Source: Acidobacteriota bacterium
GTDB lineage: Bacteria; Acidobacteriota; Thermoanaerobaculia; Gp7-AA8
Assembly: GCA_019244185.1 (NCBI GenBank)
Contig: JAFATB010000014.1
Span: 128,001-192,000, forward strand
Length of the DNA stretch: 64,000 nucleotides
Direction of reading: 5' to 3'
The notes under the pieces were generated by a model that saw only the letters and a program-made list of their open reading frames with translations, was not told the DNA's origin and did not search any database. Shown here piece after piece: positions 1-7,659 of the stretch (positions are counted from its first letter, which is position 1; every line of letters starts with the position of its first letter). The position numbers and the translations under genes were made by a program.

Positions 1-1
1 G

Positions 2-1132
2 AACATCGCCATCTCGATCACGCACGGCATTCTCCACCGCATGCTGTACGGACTGGCGATGCTCGTCGCCGGCGCGGAAGGTCCGGCGCTGTACGACTCG
101 CTGACGTGCTTCTGCGACACGAAGACGAACCTCGTGAACCTCGACCTGATGCGCCTCGCCGCGTCGATCCGCAGCGAGGCCGCGCTGCGCGAGCTGCTCG
201 CGAAGAGCGATCGCCGCGCGCTCTGGAACGAAGGCAGGCTGCGCGCGTTTCCCGAGTTCGCGCGCGCGTTCGAGACGTTCCTCACGAACCACGGACATCG
301 CGAAGTCGACTTCGACACGTATCACCCGACGTGGATCGGGCAGCCGTGGGTCGTGCTCGAAAACCTGCGCCTCATGGCCGAGCGCGACGACGCGGGCGAT
401 CCCGCCGCGCGCGAGGTCGCGCTGCGCGAGCGGCAGCAGGAAGCGGAGCGCAGCCTCGGCGCGCGCGTGCCGGAAGACCTGCGCTACTTCGCGCTCGAGC
501 TCGTGCGCCTCGCGCGCGCGTACACGGCGCTCGACGACCTCGAACACTACGAGACGACGCGGCTCTCCGTGCCGTTCCGCGCCGCGATCGTGGAGCTCGG
601 CGCGCGTTTCGCGCAGCGCGGCATTCTCGCGCGCGCGGAAGACATCTTCTTCCTGCGCAAGCAAACCATCGCGCAGCTCGTCGACGGTTCGACCGATGAC
701 GCCGCGGCGACCGCGGAAGCGAACGATGCGTGCGCAAAGTACGAGGCGAACAAAGTGCGCACGCCGTCGTGGGCGCTCGGCGACGTCGCCGACGAAACGC
801 CGGCCGGCGACGTGCTGCGCGGCTTGCCCGGCTCGCCCGGTGTCGCCGAGGGACAGGTGTTCCGCCTGCACGGCGTCGACGACTTCGGACGCTTTCCCGC
901 CGGCGCCGTGCTCGTCGCGCGCACGACCAATCCGGCGTGGACGCCGCTCTTCCACACCTCGGTCGCGGTGATCACGGAAAGCGGCGGACCGCTGTCGCAC
1001 GGCGCCGTCACCGCGCGCGAGGTCGGCATTCCGGCGGTGATGGCGGTGCGCGGCGCGCTCGGGATTCTCGCGGACGGCGAACGCGTGCGCGTCAACGGCA
1101 CGACCGGCGTCGTCACGCGCATCGCGTCGTGA
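2..1132 (+). CDS. PEP-utilizing enzyme with C-terminal phospho-His swivel domain (PEP synthase/rifampin phosphotransferase-like), 5' truncated by window edge
   Basis: C-terminal GLPGSPGVAEG...LVARTTNPAWTPLF...ITESGGPLSHGAVTARE is the PEP-utilisers mobile domain; helical middle region with FLTNHGHRE; frame is open from base 2. Confidence 0.85.
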   Translation, partial: NIAISITHGILHRMLYGLAMLVAGAEGPALYDSLTCFCDTKTNLVNLDLMRLAASIRSEAALRELLAKSDRRALWNEGRLRAFPEFARAFETFLTNHGHREVDFDTYHPTWIGQPWVVLENLRLMAERDDAGDPAAREVALRERQQEAERSLGARVPEDLRYFALELVRLARAYTALDDLEHYETTRLSVPFRAAIVELGARFAQRGILARAEDIFFLRKQTIAQLVDGSTDDAAATAEANDACAKYEANKVRTPSWALGDVADETPAGDVLRGLPGSPGVAEGQVFRLHGVDDFGRFPAGAVLVARTTNPAWTPLFHTSVAVITESGGPLSHGAVTAREVGIPAVMAVRGALGILADGERVRVNGTTGVVTRIAS

Positions 1133-1164
1133 ACGCGACGCGTCGCGCCGTGTACCATCACGCG

Positions 1165-2250
1165 ATGCTGCCGTTTGCGCCGCCGCTCGCTCCGATGCTC
1201 TCCGCCGCCGCCGATGCGTTGCCCGAAGGAGATGGTTGGCAGTTCGAGCCGAAGTGGGATGGATTCCGAACGCTCGTCTTCCGCGACGGCGCCGACCTCA
1301 CGCTGCAGAGTCGCGACGAGAAGCCGATGAATCGCTACTTTCCCGAGCTCGTCGAGCCGCTGCTCGCCGCGCTGCCGGAGCGTTGCGTGCTCGACGGCGA
1401 GATCGTGATCGTCGGCGCGAACGGACTCGACTTCGAGGCGCTGCTGCTGCGCATTCATCCCGCGGCGTCGCGCGTGAAGCTGCTCGCGAAGGACACGCCG
1501 GCGTCGTTCGTTGCGTGGGATCTGCTCGCGCTCGGCGACGAAGACCTGCGCGAAGTGCCGCTCGAAGAACGGCGCCGCCGTCTTGAAGAGGTGCTCGCGA
1601 ACGTCGCCGCGCCGCTGCATCTCTCGCCCGCGACGCGCGACCGCGCGCTGGCCGAGGATTGGTTTCAGCGTTTCGAAGGCGCGGGGCTCGACGGCGTGAT
1701 GGCGAAGCGGCTCGACTCGCCGTACCGCGCGGGCGAGCGCACGATGTTCAAGATCAAGCACTCGCGCACCGCCGACTGCGTCGTGGCCGGTTTCCGCTGG
1801 CACAAGAATGGTCCGGGCACCATGATCGGCTCGCTGCTTCTCGGCCTGTACGACGACGAAGGGCAGCTGCATCACGTCGGCGTCACGGCGGCGTTCACGA
1901 CGGCGACGCGCAAGAAGCTCGTCGAAGAGCTCGCGCCGCTGCGCGAGAACGCGCTCGAAGGACATCCGTGGCAGCACTGGGCGGAAGCGCAGCAGGAAGC
2001 GAACGTGAACGGGCAGCGCTTGCCCGGCGCGACGAGTCGCTGGAATCGCGGCAAAGACCTGAGCTGGGAGCCGCTGCGTCCCGAGCGCGTGTGCGAGGTG
2101 TCGTTCGACCACATGCAGGGCACGCGCTTCCGCCACGCAGCGCATTTCCTGCGCTGGCGCTTCGACAAGCGCCCCGAGGATTGCCGCTACGATCAGCTCG
2201 AGGTGACGCCCGCTTACGAGCTCGAGCGCGTCTTCGGCGCCGCGCGCTGA
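1165..2250 (+). CDS. ligC: ATP-dependent DNA ligase LigC
   Basis: PMLS...FEPKWDGFR adenylation motif, LDGEIV, AWDLL, DGVMAK, MFKIKH and C-terminal PG.TSRWN..KDLSWEPLRPE typical of LigC; ATG at 1165 lies 6 nt after TACCAT. Confidence 0.92.
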   Translation: MLPFAPPLAPMLSAAADALPEGDGWQFEPKWDGFRTLVFRDGADLTLQSRDEKPMNRYFPELVEPLLAALPERCVLDGEIVIVGANGLDFEALLLRIHPAASRVKLLAKDTPASFVAWDLLALGDEDLREVPLEERRRRLEEVLANVAAPLHLSPATRDRALAEDWFQRFEGAGLDGVMAKRLDSPYRAGERTMFKIKHSRTADCVVAGFRWHKNGPGTMIGSLLLGLYDDEGQLHHVGVTAAFTTATRKKLVEELAPLRENALEGHPWQHWAEAQQEANVNGQRLPGATSRWNRGKDLSWEPLRPERVCEVSFDHMQGTRFRHAAHFLRWRFDKRPEDCRYDQLEVTPAYELERVFGAAR

Positions 2251-3593
2251 GACGCCCACGGATCGTAATCGGGATCGGGCGCTTCTTCGGCGGGACGCAG
2301 TTCTTCCGGCACGTGACGCAGGTTCACGCGGATGCGCGTCCACGTGCTCGAGCGTCCGCGCATCGCGTCGACGAGCACGTCGTCCACCGCGAGCTTCTCC
2401 GCGGCCTCGGAATGCCGCGCTTTCCAGCGCTCGAGTCCCGCGAGCGCTTCGTCTTTGTGCTGCGCTTTCGCGACGGTGATGAGCGGCTCTTTCGAGACGC
2501 GGCGTCCCGTGCTCGATGATGACGACGACTTCTTCGCAGATGCTGGTTTCTGCGCGGCCGGCTTCTTCGCGGACGTTTTCTTCGCGGACGTTTTCTTCGC
2601 GCGGGAGGGCGCGACGCGCGGCGGCTCGCCGGCTTGCTTCTGATAGTTCGGCGGCCACGGCGCGTCGCCGAGTCCCGCGGCTTCCTGTTCGGCGGAGAGC
2701 GCGAGCAGCGGCTCGAGCGAGTCAGCGCGTTCGTCGATCGCGGCGGATGCGTCGCCGTGCTCCGCAAAGTACGCGGGCGCGGTGGCGAGGGTGAAGCGCG
2801 CGGGATCGCACGTCGCGACTTCGTCCCACGCGAGCGGCATCGACACGCGCGCGTCGGGCGTGGGGCGCACGGAGAACGCCGACGCGACGGTGCGGTCTTT
2901 CGCGTTCTGGTTGTAGTCCAGGAAGACGCCGTGGCGTTCTTCCTTCCACCACTTGCTCGTCGCGAGGTCGGGGACGCGGCGCTCGACTTCGCGCGCGATC
3001 GCGAGCGCGGCGCGGCGCACCTGATCGAACGTCCACTTCCGTTCGATGCGCACGTTGATGTGAATGCCGCGCGAGCCGGACGTCTTCGGCCAACCGCGCA
3101 TGCCGCGCTCGTCGAGCACGTCGCGGACGACGAGCGCCACGCGGCGCACGTCCTCGAAGCTGACGCCGGGGCCGGGATCGAGATCGACGCGCAACTCGTC
3201 GGGGTGGTCGAGATCGTCGGCGCGTACGGGATGCGGGTTGAGATCGATGCAGCCGAGGTTGATGATCCAGAGGAGTTGCGCGGCGTTGCGGATCACGATC
3301 TCGCGCGCGGTGCGGCCGGAGGGGAAGAACAGCTCGACGGTCTCGATCCAGTCGGGATGCTGATCGGGCGCGCGCTTCTGGAAAAACGGCTCGTGATCGG
3401 CGCCGTTGACGTAGCGCTTGAGGACGATGGGACGGTTGTCGATGCCGCGCAGCGCGCCTTCGGCGACCGCGGCGTAGTAATGCACGAGGTCGAGCTTCGT
3501 GTAGCCCGCCTCCGGGAAAAAGAGCTTGCTTGGGTTGGTGATCGTGACTTCGCGGCCGGCGATCTCGATCGTCGTCTGCTCTGACTTCGCCAT
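2214..3593 (-). CDS. LigD-polymerase-like primase-polymerase (Prim-PolC/PolD2 family) with Lys-rich linker and extra C-terminal domain
   Basis: TKLDLVHYY, FFQKRAP, DELRVDLDP, KTSGSRGIH and VFLDYNQNAKDRTVASAFSVR AEP/PolDom motifs. Confidence 0.9.
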   Translation of the reverse strand: MAKSEQTTIEIAGREVTITNPSKLFFPEAGYTKLDLVHYYAAVAEGALRGIDNRPIVLKRYVNGADHEPFFQKRAPDQHPDWIETVELFFPSGRTAREIVIRNAAQLLWIINLGCIDLNPHPVRADDLDHPDELRVDLDPGPGVSFEDVRRVALVVRDVLDERGMRGWPKTSGSRGIHINVRIERKWTFDQVRRAALAIAREVERRVPDLATSKWWKEERHGVFLDYNQNAKDRTVASAFSVRPTPDARVSMPLAWDEVATCDPARFTLATAPAYFAEHGDASAAIDERADSLEPLLALSAEQEAAGLGDAPWPPNYQKQAGEPPRVAPSRAKKTSAKKTSAKKPAAQKPASAKKSSSSSSTGRRVSKEPLITVAKAQHKDEALAGLERWKARHSEAAEKLAVDDVLVDAMRGRSSTWTRIRVNLRHVPEELRPAEEAPDPDYDPWASQRAAPKTRSSS

Positions 3594-3643
3594 CGCGGCA
3601 AGTGTGGGTGCAACGCGGCGGCGCGCGCAAGAGCATCGCGCGC

Positions 3644-3679
3644 AAAAAGAAATCGCGGCCGTTGCCGGCCGCGATTTCT
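3644..3679 (-). terminator. Intrinsic terminator for the 3705-4244 gene
   Basis: Stem agaaatcgcggccg / cggccgcgatttct with GCAA loop on the minus strand, followed by a U run. Confidence 0.8.
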
Positions 3680-3704
3680 GAAGCGGTGCCGCGCGCTCTC
3701 TCGT

Positions 3705-4244
3705 TTAGTGACGGTGTCCGCCGCGTCCGCCGTGTCCGCCGCCGAAGTGGCCGCCCGGGCGGTAGTAGTGTCCGCCGCGGTAGCCGCCGAACCCGAAGCC
3801 CAAGCCGATCGACAGGCGCGGTCCGTACCAGAACGGATCGTAGTAATACGGCGAATACGCCGAATACCACGGGTCGTAGTACGGGCGGACGTAGACGGTC
3901 GAGTACGTGCGGCCGTCGGTGTGGCGGTCGCCGCGCTCGTCGCGGTCGTACGCGTAGTCCATCACCGCGTCGAGGACGGGCTTGGAGACGTGCGCGTCGG
4001 TGAGGGCGATGATGACGTCGGCGTCGACGACGTAGCGCTCGCGCGAGTCGCGCACGAACTTGATGATGGCGTCGTCGCCCACGCCCGCCTGGGTCATGCG
4101 GATCACGTCGTCGATGACGCTGGTGCGGTCGCGGCGGTCGGTGCGCGTCTCGCGTCCGTCGCGGTCCGGGGAGTCGAGCGCGAACATCGGCGCCGCGGCG
4201 GTGAGAGACAGCAGTACGGCAACTGCAGGTAAGAAACGTTTCAT
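3705..4244 (-). CDS. Secreted hypothetical protein with small helical domain and Tyr/Gly-rich tail
   Basis: AAGGAG RBS; signal peptide MKRFLPAVAVLLSLTAAAPMFA; DVIRMTQAGVGDDAII domain; YYDPWY...GGHGGRGGHRH tail. Confidence 0.8.
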   Translation of the reverse strand: MKRFLPAVAVLLSLTAAAPMFALDSPDRDGRETRTDRRDRTSVIDDVIRMTQAGVGDDAIIKFVRDSRERYVVDADVIIALTDAHVSKPVLDAVMDYAYDRDERGDRHTDGRTYSTVYVRPYYDPWYSAYSPYYYDPFWYGPRLSIGLGFGFGGYRGGHYYRPGGHFGGGHGGRGGHRH

Positions 4245-4281
4245 GGATCGATGGTCTCCTTCGTTCGCTGCAGCGTCTGCA

Positions 4282-4297
4282 TGCGACGGCTGAGCCA
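4282..4297 (-). promoter_or_regulatory. Possible sigma54 (-24/-12) promoter
   Basis: TGGCTCAGCCGTCGCA, GG-N10-GC spacing, upstream of the RBS of the 4244 gene. Confidence 0.4.
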
Positions 4298-4432
4298 CCA
4301 TCCCGCTCTCTGCGCGTGGTTTTCGAGCGCGTGAAAAGCTCCTCTCGCGAGGACAGCGCGTCCACGAAACAGGCCGCTGCCGCGCACCGCTGGAGGACGG
4401 TGCACGGCAGGCGGATCATCGCGAGTTGCGAA

Positions 4433-4864
4433 TCAGCGGAGCCAGTTCAGCGAGTCGATCTCGATGCGGCCGCCGCGGAAGATGCCGCCGAGCGAGAGCG
4501 AGACGCCGACGCGCAGGTTGTTGCGGCCGCGGTTGCGCATGCGCGCCTGCGGGATCCAGTACCAGTCGCGGCCGTGGTCGATCTGCACGAGGTAGCCGCC
4601 GTTCTGGCGCGTGATCGCGGTGACGCGTCCGCGGGCGTTGATGCGCTCGTTCTCGCGGTGGCCGCGGTACGAGCCGCGGTTGTCGCGACGGTCATTGTCG
4701 CGGGAGTCGTTGTTCCGGGAGTCGTACCCGCGGTTGTCGTTGTAACGACCGTTGTCGTTGTAACCGCCGCGGGGCGCGGGCGCCGCGAAGACGGACGTCG
4801 ACATGAGCAACGCCAGCGCTCCGGCGCCGGCCACGTTCCACTTTGCTGTTCCCTTGCTTTTCAT
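4433..4864 (-). CDS. Secreted hypothetical protein with Asn/Asp/Arg low-complexity repeats
   Basis: AAGGAG RBS; signal peptide ending SVFA; YNDNGRYNDNRGYDSRNNDSRDNDRRDNR followed by a small beta-rich domain. Confidence 0.78.
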   Translation of the reverse strand: MKSKGTAKWNVAGAGALALLMSTSVFAAPAPRGGYNDNGRYNDNRGYDSRNNDSRDNDRRDNRGSYRGHRENERINARGRVTAITRQNGGYLVQIDHGRDWYWIPQARMRNRGRNNLRVGVSLSLGGIFRGGRIEIDSLNWLR

Positions 4865-4934
4865 CTTGATCTCCTTCGTTACGCACAAGAAGACAAGCGG
4901 GCGAAGGGCGATCTTTCGGCGAAAACACGAGGCG

Positions 4935-4974
4935 CACCGCGGCATCACGAACGGCACGGCGGCGTCACGAACGG
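4935..4974. repeat. Two tandem 20-bp imperfect repeats, possible regulator binding site
   Basis: caccgcggcatcacgaacgg / cacggcggcgtcacgaacgg. Confidence 0.6.
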
Positions 4975-4996
4975 TCGGCGCGCATGCGGCGCGCGC

Positions 4997-5057
4997 CCGA
5001 AACAACAACGTCCGAAACAACAACGGCCGGATGAGAGCCATCCCTCATCCGGCCGTT
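4997..5057 (-). terminator. Intrinsic terminator with duplicated U-rich tail
   Basis: 14-bp perfect stem (5022-5035 / 5044-5057) followed on the minus strand by GUUUCGG; ccgaaacaacaacg occurs at 4997-5010 and 5012-5025. Confidence 0.75.
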
Positions 5058-5240
5058 CTCCGCTCGGTCACTGGCAGGTGAGGTTCCGAGCGGAAAGACA
5101 GCTTCTCGAGGCGATGCGCACGTGCAGCGATCCGTTCGGATCGGAGCCGGGACGAACCGGCGACGGCAGGACGAAAGTCGGGGTCTTCGAAGGCATCGCG
5201 TCTCACCTCGAACACGCCAGGTAGTGTCACTACCAGGCAC
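5012..5240 (-). ncRNA. Candidate structured non-coding RNA (or long structured leader), about 230 nt
   Basis: Starts about 12 nt after a sigma54 -12 box; 5' hairpin, multibranched central domain, third hairpin and terminator; G-U pairs favour the minus strand; no convincing ORF. Confidence 0.6.
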
Positions 5241-5251
5241 GGGGAAAGGGA

Positions 5252-5267
5252 AGCATTGCGAATGCCA
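5252..5267 (-). promoter_or_regulatory. Sigma54 (-24/-12) promoter
   Basis: TGGCATTCGCAATGCT versus consensus TGGCAC-N5-TTGCW, exact GG-N10-GC spacing; AT-rich segment upstream. Confidence 0.7.
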
Positions 5268-5338
5268 TATTTCGTAAACTGCTGCATTCATTTGAGTTAT
5301 TTCGGTCGCAGTGCTACCACCGATCCAGCCCGTGCCGC

Positions 5339-7603
5339 TCAGCTGATCCAGCCGCCGATGATTTGCGCCGTCCACTTGCCGTCTTTCTTCGTGACGCGAT
5401 ACGTGTTGGCCGCCCAGCCGCTGTTGAGCTCGAGCACGGCGCGGGTGCCGCTCGGGTCGATCGCGAAGTGGCGGATGTGCGCGGCGTAGGTCGGCCCGAA
5501 CTTCTGCTGATACGCGTCCAGCTCGCCGGCGGTCAGCACGATCGTGCGGCGGCCGGCCGCGAGCGGCGCGAAGAGCGAGGCGTCGCCGACGAAGAACAGC
5601 ACCGCATCGGCCACGTTGCTCGTGCGCAGCTCGCACGCGTTCTGCGCCGCGGTCGCGTCGTCCGCAACGCCGACGACGATGCGTCCCGCGCCGAGCCGGA
5701 AGTCTTTGATCACCGCCGCGAGCACTTCCGCCGCCGGCGTGGCCTCGGCCGCCACAGCGACGCGCGGGAGTGCGTCGACGCCATCCGCCATGCCGTCGCC
5801 GTCGGTGTCGGCGTCGCGCGGATCGGTGGTGAGCCGCTCTTCGAGCAGATCGGTGAGACCGTCGCCGTCGCTGTCGCGCGTCAGCTCCGCGAGCGGAAAC
5901 TCGAGAAAGAGGCCGTGCTCCTCGCGTTTGAGGCGCAGTCCGACCGGCGGAAACGTGATCGAGCTCGTGTCGAGCTCTTTCACGTCGACCTCGATGCGCA
6001 GGCGATCGCTCGCGCCGTCGAAGAGCGGCAGCGTCGATGCGCGCGCGACGACGTACGGCATGTTCTCGCGCAGGCCGGTGTAGTACGGCGTCCACGTCGT
6101 GCCGCCGTCGGTGGAGCGAAGGATCCAGTAGCCGCCGAGGCCGACTTCGCCGATCGGATCGACCGCGGAGGAGATCGTGACGGCGACGACTTCGTTGCCG
6201 CGGCGTTCCATGCGTAGCGGCGAGACGTTCGGCGGCAGATGCGTCGTCGCGGCGACGCGCGCGGCGTCGCTGCAGTCGATGACGACCGGCGCGGTCGCGG
6301 TGGACGCGAGCTCGTCGAGATGATGTTCGGTGAACGGCACGAGGCGCGCGTCGGCGAGCGATGAGCGCGCGAGTCCGGCGGGATTGGCGGCGTGCGTCAG
6401 CTCCTGCGCGTGCGCGCGATCGCTCGCGTGCAGTTCGGCGGCGCGGTGTTCGACGAACGCGGTGGTCTCGCGGAATGGCGGCGCGATCGGCGTCTCGATC
6501 GTCCAGTTCCAGAGCTCTCCGAGGATCTCGGCGGCGAGCGCGGGATAGCCGTGGCGTTCGGCGAACGATGCGAAGAGGCGCAGGCGGATCGGCGTGGGGA
6601 ACGAATCGGCCGCGACGGCAGCGATGACCTCGAACGCGTCGTCGTGCGCCTGCGGCATCGACGCGGCGATCAGTCTGCGCCACGCCTCGTCGTGGTCGTC
6701 GCGCGCGGGTTTCGCCATCGCGACGAATCGCGCCGCGAGCTCCGGCTCTCCTTCGAGCAGCGCCGCGGCGGCGAGATCGAGCGCGACTCCGTCGGCTTCG
6801 CTCTGCGCGAGCACGCGCGGACGCAATTCCGCCGGCAGCGCGTCGAACGAATCGAGCAGCAACTGCGACAGGCCAAGGGTGGCGAGCGCGCGGAACTGGC
6901 CGGCGATGCGCGGCGCGACGTCGGCGTGAATGCCGGCCGGCGGCAAATGCAGTGCGACGCCGCGCTCGGTCAGCTGCAGCGGACCGAATGCGGCGTGGAT
7001 GCGGTCTTCGGATACGTACTCGCCGATTGCCGTTGCGATCTTCGCGTCATGCGCGCGCGACCACGCCGGCGCGAGGAGCAACAACACGACGTCGTCGTTG
7101 GCGTACAGGGCGCCGTCGACGGCGGCGATCGCGAGCTCCGCGTCGTCGCCGATGAGCGGCAGAAGCGCGCGGTACTCGGCGAGATGATCGTCCTTCGGCG
7201 CGAACTTCGCGAGCTCCGCGAGCATGGCGATGAGCGGCGCGCGATGCGGCTCGCGTTCCGCGGTACGGCGCAGCGACGCGCGGATGCCGTCGAGCAGCGC
7301 GGCGTCCGACGGCTTGTCGACGTCGTCGAGCAGCAGCAGGAGCCCGGCCGGCGCGATCGCGTTCGCGCTTTCGCGCGAGACCGAAAGCTCGTCCGCGAGC
7401 CGCGCGATCACCGCATCCGCATCGCCGGCGTTCACGGCCGCGTTGCACACGATCTCGCTGGGCCTCGACGCGCCGGAAGAGCAGCTGTCGAGAGCGCTGC
7501 CGGCGCGAGCCTTCGCGAACAGCGTCTCGGTCGTTCGATCGGCCGCGAGCGCGGGCAACGACAATGCGGCGGCCGCGAGGAACACTGCCAGGCGTGCGTG
7601 CAT
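5339..7603 (-). CDS. Large secreted hypothetical protein with Asp-box and DxDxDG calcium-binding (bacterial TSP3-like) motifs
   Basis: Signal peptide MHARLAVFLAAAALSLPALA; RSTDGGTTW; DSDGDGLTDLLE...DTDGDGMADGVD. Confidence 0.8.
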   Translation of the reverse strand: MHARLAVFLAAAALSLPALAADRTTETLFAKARAGSALDSCSSGASRPSEIVCNAAVNAGDADAVIARLADELSVSRESANAIAPAGLLLLLDDVDKPSDAALLDGIRASLRRTAEREPHRAPLIAMLAELAKFAPKDDHLAEYRALLPLIGDDAELAIAAVDGALYANDDVVLLLLAPAWSRAHDAKIATAIGEYVSEDRIHAAFGPLQLTERGVALHLPPAGIHADVAPRIAGQFRALATLGLSQLLLDSFDALPAELRPRVLAQSEADGVALDLAAAALLEGEPELAARFVAMAKPARDDHDEAWRRLIAASMPQAHDDAFEVIAAVAADSFPTPIRLRLFASFAERHGYPALAAEILGELWNWTIETPIAPPFRETTAFVEHRAAELHASDRAHAQELTHAANPAGLARSSLADARLVPFTEHHLDELASTATAPVVIDCSDAARVAATTHLPPNVSPLRMERRGNEVVAVTISSAVDPIGEVGLGGYWILRSTDGGTTWTPYYTGLRENMPYVVARASTLPLFDGASDRLRIEVDVKELDTSSITFPPVGLRLKREEHGLFLEFPLAELTRDSDGDGLTDLLEERLTTDPRDADTDGDGMADGVDALPRVAVAAEATPAAEVLAAVIKDFRLGAGRIVVGVADDATAAQNACELRTSNVADAVLFFVGDASLFAPLAAGRRTIVLTAGELDAYQQKFGPTYAAHIRHFAIDPSGTRAVLELNSGWAANTYRVTKKDGKWTAQIIGGWIS

Positions 7604-7659
7604 GGTGATTCTCATTGTCCGTTGGACGCGGCACGCCCGCGTCACGGAACCGCGAAGAC

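Noticed and set aside
4997-5025. ccgaaacaacaacg twice as a mini-CRISPR (GAAAC-like end)
   Set aside because: Only two copies separated by 1 bp; no spacer
5070-5220. Calling the candidate RNA 6S RNA
   Set aside because: UGUUCG near a possible closing stem is reminiscent, but the fold looks multibranched rather than rod-like and the promoter is sigma54-type; not supportable without an Rfam search
5045-5287. 80-aa ORF across the candidate RNA
   Set aside because: Starts upstream of the sigma54 element, has no RBS, atypical composition, and ends inside the terminator stem; the RNA structure explains the region better
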